Source: Bacteroidota bacterium (GTDB lineage: Bacteria; Bacteroidota; Bacteroidia; Bacteroidales; JACABE01). From it: 64,000 nucleotides of DNA. The stretch spans positions 7,165 to 71,164 of the forward strand of contig JACABE010000002.1 in NCBI GenBank assembly GCA_013377005.1. The letters run 5' to 3'. Both the position numbers and the translations under genes were made by a program. Numbering within the stretch: the first letter of the stretch is position 1; each line of letters opens with the position of its first letter. This document shows positions 20,862 through 28,745 of the stretch, one piece after another. Below the pieces are notes generated by a model. The model was not told the DNA's origin. It saw only the letters and a program-made list of their open reading frames with translations, and did no database searches.

Positions 20862-21389
20862 TTATTGTTGATTGAAGGTAATACTGAAACTTCCTGTATA
20901 ATTTCCACCCGGATTCGAAGAATTATTGCCAATAACAAGCGTTCCTCCTACTCTTAATCTGGTTACAAAGTTACAATCATTGTTTACTTCAAAACTTGCT
21001 CCATTCCCACCCTTTTCTGTAGGTCCGATATTTAATGTAAGCGAACCACCATTGCTTCCAGTAAGTATTGTAGTTGGCGGATATGTTATTATAACATTAC
21101 GTCCCTGACAAAGTTGTATTTCAAAAATTGCAGGATAATAAGGATCGGAATTTAATAATACAACTTGTCCTGTCGAAGAGCGAGTCCCTTGCCAGTCAAG
21201 CTGAACAGTACCACCCGAACTACCAGCCGTTTCAAGACAGAATGCACCAAAATAAATTGCTTGAGTAGCTGTTACATTTACCGATCGATTTGGCAAACTG
21301 GGTTGTGAAAAACCTTGTAATGAAAAAAACAAAAGCGTTATATTAAAAAATAACGCTAAATACCCTTTTCTATAAATGTCTTTTTTCAT
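20862..21389 (-). CDS. DUF4402-like secreted fimbrial subunit candidate (divergent; ends ...YTGSFSITFNQQ)
   Basis: Start at the internal ATG (MKKDIYRKGYLALFFNITLLFFSLQGFSQ signal peptide). It has the AIYFGAF and GGTLVIG...GNYTGSFSITF pattern shared with the other six paralogs. Its stop lies 5 nt before the usher-like ORF. Confidence 0.75.
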   Translation of the reverse strand: MKKDIYRKGYLALFFNITLLFFSLQGFSQPSLPNRSVNVTATQAIYFGAFCLETAGSSGGTVQLDWQGTRSSTGQVVLLNSDPYYPAIFEIQLCQGRNVIITYPPTTILTGSNGGSLTLNIGPTEKGGNGASFEVNNDCNFVTRLRVGGTLVIGNNSSNPGGNYTGSFSITFNQQ

Positions 21390-21433
21390 AGTGCAACAAT
21401 TTTGAATGATGTATGATAAATACTGAATATGGT

Positions 21434-21477
21434 GAAATAGATAAATGATGAACATAAATTCATCATTTATCTATTTC
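21434..21477 (-). promoter_or_regulatory. Perfect 19-bp stem intercistronic hairpin between the chaperone gene and the next gene
   Basis: gaaatagataaatgatgaa (21434-21452), loop cataaa, ttcatcatttatctatttc (21459-21477). No U-tract follows on the minus strand. Confidence 0.6.
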
Positions 21478-21523
21478 AAGATTTTATAACTTGAATTTCA
21501 CATCACCCCCATCGATTGCATTT

Positions 21524-22351
21524 TTAAAGCACTAATTCTTGCTCTGCATAAACAGTATAAGGGGTGTCTTTGGGTGAAGTAAACTTAAGCTTAATTTTTC
21601 CTTTTGAAAGATCAACACCTTTTATATTTGTTAATTTCATCGAAACATTGCGTTTATCTACTGTTGTGTAAACAGCTATGCCTCTTACCAAACCAATTTC
21701 TATTGATTTCCCCTGAACAGGAATATATTCTGCGACTAAATCACCATAAGAGGATATTTTACCAGATCTGTTGAGAGTAAACTTTAAATTATTAACTGTA
21801 TCTAATTTTTCTACTTTTAAATTACTCAACGTTGAAGTTACGTTTTCTTCACTTGTACGAATAATAATTGGAATACTGATACCAAATACAGGTGTAATCT
21901 GAACACTCATCAAAGCTGTATCCGCTCCTTTTACTTCCATACCCAGAGGAGATTTTCCTTTTTCTGCCCTAAAATACAAATGAGAACGGTATTCACCTGC
22001 AACCATGTCAGGTGTTTTTCGCAATTGTAATCGTATTACTTGAGCTTCATGTGGAGCCAATGTAACTTTACGAGGAAAAATACGCAAATAAGGATCAGCA
22101 AACAATTGTCCTTCTTCAGGTTTGCTTATAACCTCAAAGCCTCCGTCTTCGGTCATTTTATACTGCAAAAAAGATACAGAATAAACTGCAGTGTCAGCTC
22201 CTGTATTCACCAAACTGATTTCTTCTTTTTGTTTTTTACCTTCAAATACCACACGTACAGGAGATACTAATAAATCGCCCTGAGCTTTTACTTGCATATT
22301 AATACCTAACAGTGGTAGCATTATTAATAATAAGATTTTTTTCATTTTCAT
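21524..22351 (-). CDS. PapD-like periplasmic fimbrial chaperone candidate
   Basis: Start at MKMKKILLLIMLPLLGINMQVKAQ. The mature N-terminus GDLLVSPVRVVFEGKKQKEEISLVN...YSVSF...RIFPRKVTLAPHEAQVIRLQL matches the pili-assembly-chaperone N-domain pattern, including the conserved Arg in P-x-R-v-v-F. The size fits two Ig-like domains. Confidence 0.75.
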   Translation of the reverse strand: MKMKKILLLIMLPLLGINMQVKAQGDLLVSPVRVVFEGKKQKEEISLVNTGADTAVYSVSFLQYKMTEDGGFEVISKPEEGQLFADPYLRIFPRKVTLAPHEAQVIRLQLRKTPDMVAGEYRSHLYFRAEKGKSPLGMEVKGADTALMSVQITPVFGISIPIIIRTSEENVTSTLSNLKVEKLDTVNNLKFTLNRSGKISSYGDLVAEYIPVQGKSIEIGLVRGIAVYTTVDKRNVSMKLTNIKGVDLSKGKIKLKFTSPKDTPYTVYAEQELVL

Positions 22352-22606
22352 AATTTTTATTAATAGTAAAATAGATTTTATTAATTTTATATGTATACTT
22401 TCAAACAAATCAATGGCTTATACGATGATTTTAAAAATTAGTTGTAAAAATACGATTAATTTTTCTCTTCAAAAAAACAAACATAATAAATTACTAACAA
22501 AGAATAGTTTATAACTCATTTCTGATTTTATAGACATATTTTATTAAAAAAGAACGCAAATATACAATAATAAACCTTTTTATTATTCATTTAAAATTTA
22601 TTTTCT

Positions 22607-23113
22607 TTAGTTATAAAAGAAAACAACCGGATAGGAGCCTATATATAATCCAATTGGATTCGATTCTATAGGAGCAACATGTAAAGTAGAACCTATATTT
22701 ACAATAAAATTTTTGCTCGATTCTGAATACCCTCCGTTTGGCATATCTACTTTCCAATTATCCAGATACATAAAATTTACTCCATTATGATGATAAATAT
22801 AAACTGGTGCATTGGGTAATAATACATTCAATTTATTATCCTGAGTACCTGAAACAGAAAAAACACCCTGATGAACAGGATTTTCAGTAACTATGATAGA
22901 ACCATTGGTGGTTCTATTACCCTGAGGACTAATAGTAACACTACCACCATTGGCTAAAGGAGAAAACTGACCAAAATTTAGCTGTTGAATTTCTGTTACA
23001 CTTATTATGGGAACAACCTCAGCATAAGTTGTTGCTATAGACGTAACTTGTCCAAAACTTGTTAGATGAGTAAAAACTATAAAAAAAAAGACAAAACTTT
23101 TAAAGGTATTCAT
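22607..23113 (-). CDS. DUF4402-like secreted subunit (minor-type paralog A)
   Basis: Start at MNTFKSFVFFFIVFTHLTSFGQ. LNFGQF, GSTLHV...GLYIGSYPVVFFYN. I estimate about 55-60% identity to the product of 30227-30745 by eye. Confidence 0.8.
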   Translation of the reverse strand: MNTFKSFVFFFIVFTHLTSFGQVTSIATTYAEVVPIISVTEIQQLNFGQFSPLANGGSVTISPQGNRTTNGSIIVTENPVHQGVFSVSGTQDNKLNVLLPNAPVYIYHHNGVNFMYLDNWKVDMPNGGYSESSKNFIVNIGSTLHVAPIESNPIGLYIGSYPVVFFYN

Positions 23114-23253
23114 CAGAAAGCTAATTATTGCTAAGTTGAAAATTTTAAATTTTGTTATTACATTTAAGAAAAAAACCGCTTTTACCAAATTAATTTAAAT
23201 ATTTTGTAAAGATATAAAATATTTAAATATTAATCTTTTAATGCTTTTTGAAA

Positions 23254-23296
23254 TTAAAAAAAAAGAGAAAAGCTTTACACTTTTCTCTTTTTTTTT
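23254..23296 (-). terminator. Rho-independent terminator after 23311-23847
   Basis: agagaaaag / cttttctct stem flanked by an A-run and a T-run. Confidence 0.7.
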
Positions 23297-23310
23297 GCGT
23301 TTCTAATATC

Positions 23311-23847
23311 TTAGTTATAAGCAACAGTAACAGGATATGAACCAGTATAAGAACCTGCTGCTTGATTTGCAGCTAAATTAAGAGTAGCTCCAACTGTAAA
23401 ATTATCATGACCAGTTCCATCAAATTGAACATTTCCTAAATCTGGTTTTGAACATTTAAAATTATCAACATCCATTGATTCTGATACAGAACCATTAGTG
23501 TATGTTACTTGAATGGTTCCAGGTAAAGTAATAGTGTAATATGCACTTGGATCACCAGTTGTTGCATAAGAAGCTGCTTTATGTGCAGGATTTTGATTTA
23601 ACAAAGTAATTGTACCAGTAAAAGTTCTTGCACCTCCACCATTAGGAACAGTAACTGTTGCAATAGTAGATGGTTTTGACATAGTTCCAAAATTTAAATC
23701 TAAACCAGTTACACCAGGTCCAATTGCAATTGTTTCAACAATTTTAGCAGCTGTAGGTGAAGTTGCTGTAGCTGTGTTTTGAGCAAATAAATTTGAAGTA
23801 AAACTTGCCACTAAAATAACTGCAATAATAATAATTGATTTTTTCAT
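23311..23847 (-). CDS. DUF4402-like secreted fimbrial subunit (divergent major-type)
   Basis: 178 aa. Signal peptide ending FAQ. LNFGTM, YTITLP, GATLNLAANQAAGSYTGSYPVTVAYN. Confidence 0.85.
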   Translation of the reverse strand: MKKSIIIIAVILVASFTSNLFAQNTATATSPTAAKIVETIAIGPGVTGLDLNFGTMSKPSTIATVTVPNGGGARTFTGTITLLNQNPAHKAASYATTGDPSAYYTITLPGTIQVTYTNGSVSESMDVDNFKCSKPDLGNVQFDGTGHDNFTVGATLNLAANQAAGSYTGSYPVTVAYN

Positions 23848-23940
23848 TTTTTTGTTTTTTTAATTGTTTTAAAATTTGTTTTATTTAAATTATTTTAATT
23901 TTTAATTTTTTTTGAATTTCACATTCACATTAAGCATTAA

Positions 23941-23955
23941 GCAATATCCGTGCCA
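23941..23955 (-). promoter_or_regulatory. Sigma-54 promoter, exact consensus (TGGCACGGATATTGC)
   Basis: The reverse complement of gcaatatccgtgcca reads TGGCACG-N4-TTGC, with the -12 element about 94 nt upstream of the ATG at 23847. Confidence 0.8.
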
Positions 23956-24030
23956 AACTTTTTATTTTTTTGTTTTTCAGATAATTAATAAATTCGTTTT
24001 TATACTGCTTCATTTATAAACCTACGAAAA

Positions 24031-24040
24031 TGAATAGAAA
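24031..24040 (-). promoter_or_regulatory. Conserved upstream motif (plus-strand tgaatagaaa), candidate activator or IHF site
   Basis: The GAATA core lies 78 nt upstream of the -24 GG. The same motif sits at nearly the same spacing (77-78 nt) upstream of two other subunit promoters. Confidence 0.35.
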
Positions 24041-24247
24041 TTTTATTTTTTTGAAGAGTTTTATAAAAAAAACATGAATTTGTAGTTATTGTTATAAAAA
24101 ACCCTTATTTAAAAGCAAAATAATATAAATTTTTATTTTTTCTATTGTCGCCATCATAGCAAAATACATGCTAATTTTGAATAAATATTATAAAATACTA
24201 TTTATTAACTTATTACAAATAAAATTATTCATAACAAAACACTCAAT

Positions 24248-24320
24248 CTTCAAAAACGAAGATAATTTCTTCAAAAACAAAGATAATTTCTTCAAAAACG
24301 AAGAATCACTCTTCGTTTTT
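24248..24320. repeat. Three tandem 21-bp repeats (cttcaaaaacgaagataattt) ending in a 10-bp hairpin
   Basis: Units at 24248-24268, 24269-24289 and 24290-24310. aaaaacgaag (24294-24303) pairs with cttcgttttt (24311-24320). Confidence 0.85.
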
Positions 24321-24567
24321 AAGGAATTCAAATATTTTTTTACTAAAATGAGTATTTATGTCTATTCAAAAGCAATGAAAAGTATTTTATGAGGGTAATC
24401 TGAATTTTTAAAATTTATTCAATTGGATTAAAATCTCGGAAAATATACATTTATTCAACTTAAATTAAACGTAAAAAAGGAGATCTCTAATTCACAAGAA
24501 AGTAAAAATCTTGCATAAAGGATTTTTTTACAAAACAGTGAGGATTTTATTTTCGATGAAAATAAAA

Positions 24568-24597
24568 ATAGGGAAAGATTTTACAATCTTTCCCTAT
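24568..24597 (-). terminator. Rho-independent terminator after 24622-25149
   Basis: atagggaaagatt / aatctttccctat 13-bp stem, followed on the minus strand by a T-rich tract. Confidence 0.8.
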
Positions 24598-24621
24598 TCA
24601 AGAAGTATATATTTTAAAATA

Positions 24622-25149
24622 TTAGTTATAAGCTACTGTAACATTAAATGTACCTGTATATATAGCTGCTGCTTGCGCTGCTGCCACATTTAATGTTCCT
24701 CCAATTTTAAAAGAGTCAGCACCTGAACCATTTAATGTACCGGTAAGACCATCTGTTCCAGCTGAAGCTGTTCGAGCCAATAAAGCATTAATTGTCATAT
24801 CTTGCGCTGGTGTTCCATTACTTACTGTGATGGTAGATGGTAAAGTAATAGCATAAGTTGTACTAATAGCACCTCCTACTGTATAAGCTGCATTAGCTGC
24901 AGCAGGCGTTTGAGCAGAAAGATTAACGCCACCAGTTGCAGTACGTACACCCTGAGTAGAAAGAACACAAGTTCCTGGAGTTCCTGCTAATACGGCCATA
25001 GTTCCAAAATGTAATGCTGATGTTTCAGTAATAGAAATAGGTGCAACAATTTTTGCTCCTGCTGCTGTGTTTTTAGTTGCCTGAGCCATAACGTTTGTAG
25101 TAAAACCTACCAAGATAATTGCACAGATAATAATAATTGCTTTTTTCAT
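24622..25149 (-). CDS. DUF4402-like major fimbrial subunit, tandem copy 1
   Basis: 175 aa. Signal peptide ending VMA-QA. LHFGTMAV, YAITLPSTITV, GGTLNVAAAQAAAIYTGTFNVTVAYN. Confidence 0.88.
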   Translation of the reverse strand: MKKAIIIICAIILVGFTTNVMAQATKNTAAGAKIVAPISITETSALHFGTMAVLAGTPGTCVLSTQGVRTATGGVNLSAQTPAAANAAYTVGGAISTTYAITLPSTITVSNGTPAQDMTINALLARTASAGTDGLTGTLNGSGADSFKIGGTLNVAAAQAAAIYTGTFNVTVAYN

Positions 25150-25209
25150 TTTTGTTTATTATTTATATATTTATATTATTTATGTTTCATAATTTACAAT
25201 CCTACATTA

Positions 25210-25224
25210 CCAATATTTGTGCCA
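25210..25224 (-). promoter_or_regulatory. Sigma-54-type promoter (TGGCACAAATATTGG)
   Basis: Perfect -24 TGGCAC. The -12 element reads TTGG instead of TTGC. It lies about 61 nt upstream of the ATG at 25149. Confidence 0.6.
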
Positions 25225-25298
25225 AAACTTACAACACTTTGTATTTATATCATTTATAAAATAACTATTTTTACTTTCAGCAAAATAATCAACTAAAA

Positions 25299-25310
25299 TG
25301 AATAGAAATT
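25299..25310 (-). promoter_or_regulatory. Conserved upstream motif (tgaatagaaatt)
   Basis: Identical core to 24031-24040, about 77 nt upstream of the -24 GG. Confidence 0.35.
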
Positions 25311-25437
25311 AAATATTATTGAATACTTTTATATGAAGAGCGATTCTATAAAACAATAGTTTTTATAATTTATGTTCAATAAACAATTTATTTTTATTCT
25401 TCTTTTGACTTATAAAAACAACTTTTCAGTTACATAA

Positions 25438-25476
25438 ATAAAAAGAGAGGTTATCTCTGATTGAGATAACCTCTCT
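25438..25476 (-). terminator. Rho-independent terminator after 25496-26020
   Basis: agagaggttatctc / gagataacctctct 14-bp stem followed by a T-tract on the minus strand. Confidence 0.8.
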
Positions 25477-25495
25477 ATATTTTTTTAATAAAATC

Positions 25496-26020
25496 TTAGT
25501 TGTAAGCCACAGTTACATTAAAAGTTCCTGAATAAACTGCTGCAACTTGAGCAGCAGCTACATTTAATGTTCCTCCTATTGTAAAACTATCAGTACCCGT
25601 ACCACTTAAGGTGCCGGTAAGTCCATTTGTACCAGCAGAAGCTGTTCGAGCAAGTAAACTATTAATAGTCATGGTATGAGTACTAAGATCAGAAACAGTT
25701 ATTGAGGAAGGTAGCGTAATTGCATAAGTTGTACTTATTGCTCCGCCAACAGTATAAGCTGCATTTGCTGCAATTGGTGTTTGTGCTGAAAGATTTACAC
25801 CACCTGTGGCAGTGCGTACACCTTGAGTTGAAAGCACACATGTTCCTGCTGTTGATGCTAATACAGCCATAGTACCAAAATTTAAAGAAGAAGTTTCTGT
25901 AATAGTAATAGGTGCAACAATTTTAGCACCTGCTGTTGTATTTTTAGTTGCCTGAGCCATAACATTCGCAGAAAAACCTGAAATAATAATTGCAACGATA
26001 ATAATGATTGTTTTTTTCAT
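25496..26020 (-). CDS. DUF4402-like major fimbrial subunit, tandem copy 2
   Basis: The start is taken at MKKTIIIIVAIII, the internal ATG at 26018-26020. Near-identical to copies 1 and 3 outside a short central patch. Confidence 0.88.
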   Translation of the reverse strand: MKKTIIIIVAIIISGFSANVMAQATKNTTAGAKIVAPITITETSSLNFGTMAVLASTAGTCVLSTQGVRTATGGVNLSAQTPIAANAAYTVGGAISTTYAITLPSSITVSDLSTHTMTINSLLARTASAGTNGLTGTLSGTGTDSFTIGGTLNVAAAQVAAVYSGTFNVTVAYN

Positions 26021-26156
26021 TTTTGTTTGTACTTTTTTTCTAAAATTCATGATAACAAATTATCCAATATCCACATTAAGCTTTAAATAATATAATGATT
26101 TGATAGCATTTAAAAAATAATCTCCTTATTATTTTTTACCAAATAAATTTTCTAAA

Positions 26157-26168
26157 GTGAATAGATTT
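26157..26168 (-). promoter_or_regulatory. Conserved upstream motif variant (gtgaatagattt)
   Basis: Same GAATAGA core upstream of copy 2, but the matching -24 element is mutated here. Confidence 0.25.
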
Positions 26169-26260
26169 ATATTTTAATCATTTATATAAAAGAAATAATT
26201 TTAATATTTTATGTTTATAAAGCAAATAACTTATGTCTATTATTCTTTTCAGAAATATGA

Positions 26261-26296
26261 AAAAGAGGCCTCCTTCTGATAAGGAAATAGCCTCTT
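26261..26296 (-). terminator. Hairpin terminator after 26323-26847
   Basis: aagaggc...gcctctt outer stem with an inner tcctt/aagga pairing. An A-run on the plus strand gives a T-tail on the minus strand. Confidence 0.6.
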
Positions 26297-26322
26297 AATG
26301 CTATTATAGTTATTAAAAAAAA

Positions 26323-26847
26323 TTAGTTATAAGCTACAGTTACATTAAAAGTTCCTGCATAAACTGCTGCAACTTGAGCTGCAGTTACATTTAATGTTCC
26401 TCCGATGGTAAAACTATCAGTACCGGTAACACTTAATGTGCCGGTAAGTCCGTTTGCACCAGCAGAGGCTGTTCGTGCAAGTATATTATCAATAGTCATG
26501 TTATGAGCAGCACCATCGGTTACAGTTATTGTAGAAGGCAAGGTAATTGCATAAGTAGTGCTTATTGCACCACCTACATTATAAGCTGCATTTGCTGCAA
26601 TAGGTGTTTGTGCTGAAAGATTAACACCACCAGTAGCAGTGCGTACACCTTGAGTTGAAAGCACACATGTTCCTGCAGTTGATGCTAAAACAGCCATAGT
26701 ACCAAAATTCAAAGGAGAAGTTTCAGTGATAGAAATAGGAGCAACAATTTTAGCTCCTGCGGTTGTATTTTTAGTAGCCTGAGCCATAACGTTTGCAGAA
26801 AAACCTGCCATAATAATTGCAACGATAATAATGATTGTTTTTTTCAT
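26323..26847 (-). CDS. DUF4402-like major fimbrial subunit, tandem copy 3
   Basis: 174 aa. Same architecture, ending YAGTFNVTVAYN. Confidence 0.88.
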   Translation of the reverse strand: MKKTIIIIVAIIMAGFSANVMAQATKNTTAGAKIVAPISITETSPLNFGTMAVLASTAGTCVLSTQGVRTATGGVNLSAQTPIAANAAYNVGGAISTTYAITLPSTITVTDGAAHNMTIDNILARTASAGANGLTGTLSVTGTDSFTIGGTLNVTAAQVAAVYAGTFNVTVAYN

Positions 26848-26909
26848 TTTTGTAGTTCTTTGTTTTTATTGTTTTACTTTTTAGTATCAAATTTACAATT
26901 CCTTATCTA

Positions 26910-26925
26910 TCAATATACGTGCCGG
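26910..26925 (-). promoter_or_regulatory. Sigma-54-like promoter (CCGGCACGTATATTGA)
   Basis: GGCACG -24 element with correct spacing to a TTGA -12 element (GC changed to GA). It lies about 64 nt upstream of the ATG at 26847. Confidence 0.5.
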
Positions 26926-26999
26926 AATTCACAACAAATTGATTTATATACTTTTAATCATTTTAAAATAATAAAATTACATATAAAAATCTACAAAAA

Positions 27000-27009
27000 C
27001 GAATACATA
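27000..27009 (-). promoter_or_regulatory. Conserved upstream motif variant (cgaatacata)
   Basis: The GAATA core lies 78 nt upstream of the -24 GG of the copy-3 promoter. Confidence 0.3.
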
Positions 27010-27055
27010 ATCTTCATTCTATTATAATTCTGAAAATTTGAACCCAATTTGATAT

Positions 27056-28444
27056 TTATGAAAAATCGGATGGCAATTCGATATTAAACTTCTGAATACG
27101 ACGATAAAGAGCATTCCATTCTAAGTTTAACAATCTGGCAGCTTCTGCTTTATTAAAATTTACCTTTTGTAATACTTTAAGAATTGTTTGTTTTTCTAAT
27201 TCTTTTAAATCAAATGAATTTGCATTTTGAAGCGACTGTGCTTTTTGAAGATTTATTGAAGTAAAATGCATGGCAGTAAGCTCTTTCCCTTGGCAAACAA
27301 TAACCGCTCTTTCAATCAAATTCTTTAATTCCCTTATATTTCCAGGAAAGGAATAATTATTAAAAAGATCAAACACTTCACTGTTAATAGATGTAATTTT
27401 CTTTTTACCCATCTTTTGAGCTAAATTTAAAAGAAAATAATTAGCTAACTCTATTATATCGCCTTTTCTTTCTCTCAAAGGAGGTAAATTAATAACAAAA
27501 GTTCCTAAACGATGAAAAAGATCTAATCGAAAATTCTTGCCATCTGTTAATACATCTAATGTCTTATTAGTAGCAGAAATAATACGGACATCAAATTCAT
27601 GTTCGCGCTGAGACCCAACTTTTGTAAATTTTCGATCTTCAAGAACTCTAAGTAATTTTATTTGTAAAGTAATGGGCATTTCCCCAATTTCATCTAAAAA
27701 CAAAGTACCATTATTTGTTTCTTCAAACCAACCTGCTCTATCAATAATAGCACCTGTAAAGCTACCTTTTTTATGTCCAAAGAATTCGCTTTCGAATAAG
27801 CTTTCCGGAATAGCAGACATATTAACAGCTCCAAATAATTGATCTTTACGATTACTTAGTCTATGAATTCCACGAGCTACTAATTCTTTTCCTGTACCAC
27901 TTTCACCAATAATTAAAACAGAAGTATCAGGGGTTTCTGCAACCATCTCCATTTGTTGTTTAAGGCTAATTACATCTATAGACTTTCCAATGATAGCCTG
28001 TCCTAATTCATTGTTAACTTCGGTTTTAAGTATAAGATTTTCATTTTTTATAAGCGTGAGTTTTTCATTTAACTCAGAATATTTTCGAGTACGCTCAATA
28101 GAAAACCATATTTCAGAAGCAGTGAATGGTTTTTTAAAGAAATCAACAGCACCTTTACGAAGCGCACCGATTACTGCATCCATATCACCAGATGCACTAA
28201 TCATAATAACCTCTATTCCAGGATATTCATCTTTTACAATTTCCAGCACTTTAAGTCCGCTCATTTCTGGCAACTGAAAATCACAAATAATAATATCAAT
28301 AGATTGATTATTAATTATTTTAAATCCCAAAGATGGAGCTTCTACAGCAAATACATTAGACTTTTCTTTTAAAATAGAACGTAAAAGGTTTCTATAAACA
28401 GGATCATCATCAATTACCAAGATATTTAATTTATCTTTTTTCAT
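27056..28444 (-). CDS. Sigma-54-dependent response regulator (REC - AAA+ - Fis-type HTH), paralog 2
   Basis: 462 aa. REC: VIDDDP...IIICDFQLPEMSG...KKPF. Walker A GESGTGKE. GSFTGA (a GAFTGA variant). Walker B LFLDEIGE. C-terminal NKAEAARLLNLEWNALYRRIQK helix-turn-helix. Confidence 0.92.
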   Translation of the reverse strand: MKKDKLNILVIDDDPVYRNLLRSILKEKSNVFAVEAPSLGFKIINNQSIDIIICDFQLPEMSGLKVLEIVKDEYPGIEVIMISASGDMDAVIGALRKGAVDFFKKPFTASEIWFSIERTRKYSELNEKLTLIKNENLILKTEVNNELGQAIIGKSIDVISLKQQMEMVAETPDTSVLIIGESGTGKELVARGIHRLSNRKDQLFGAVNMSAIPESLFESEFFGHKKGSFTGAIIDRAGWFEETNNGTLFLDEIGEMPITLQIKLLRVLEDRKFTKVGSQREHEFDVRIISATNKTLDVLTDGKNFRLDLFHRLGTFVINLPPLRERKGDIIELANYFLLNLAQKMGKKKITSINSEVFDLFNNYSFPGNIRELKNLIERAVIVCQGKELTAMHFTSINLQKAQSLQNANSFDLKELEKQTILKVLQKVNFNKAEAARLLNLEWNALYRRIQKFNIELPSDFS

Positions 28445-28537
28445 TTTTTAAAGAGTATCTATTTATATATTTAAGAAATTATTAAATTATTAAATTTTAG
28501 TCTTTTATTTAAACCCTGAAACTTTTATTATAAAGTG

Positions 28538-28555
28538 CAAAGATATGCAAAGTTA
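28538..28555 (-). promoter_or_regulatory. Two adjacent candidate -7 boxes (TATCTTTG and TAACTTTG) upstream of 27056-28444
   Basis: Both match TAnnTTTG on the minus strand, 94-110 nt upstream of the ATG at 28444. Motif only. Confidence 0.3.
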
Positions 28556-28663
28556 ATTTATATGTAATCTCTTTTATAATAAAAAACCTTACTAATAATA
28601 TTTATCTTTTATTGTTTAGATTTATTAATACTTTAATTTAGTGAAATATATAAGAAAACCCGT

Positions 28664-28700
28664 TTAGTTATAACAATCAAACGGGTTTTCAATCAACAAA
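28664..28700 (-). terminator. Hairpin terminator after 28746-30134
   Basis: gaaaacccgttt / aaacgggttttc 12-bp stem, 46 nt after the stop. Confidence 0.65.
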
Positions 28701-28745
28701 CAATTAGTAATCAATATTTATCTTATATACCTATTATCTTTAGGT

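Noticed and set aside
21390-21455. N-terminal extensions given by the ORF track for several secreted proteins: 20862-21455, 21524-22408, 22607-23188, 25496-26050, 30227-30871 and 59727-60986
   Set aside because: In each case an internal ATG begins a canonical MKK...-type signal peptide or the homologous domain. The upstream extension is non-homologous. In the case of 21455, the upstream ATG lies in the loop of a perfect hairpin.
22352-22606. Sigma-54 promoters upstream of the chaperone gene, the usher-like gene, the two minor-type subunit genes (23114-23310, 30746-30965) and the two activator genes
   Set aside because: I scanned the minus strand of these gaps for GG-N10-GC with TGGCAC-like context and found none. 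Only the three promoters listed as features pass.
24248-24320. A CRISPR array
   Set aside because: There are only three directly abutting 21-bp units with no spacers and no cas genes anywhere in the window.
24168-24392. 74-aa plus-strand ORF (MLILNKYYKILF...FFKNEDNFFKNKDNFFKNEE...)
   Set aside because: Its repetitive peptide is simply the translation of the 21-bp tandem DNA repeats at 24248-24320. It has low-complexity AT-rich composition and no start context, and it sits in a regulatory gap between minus-strand genes.
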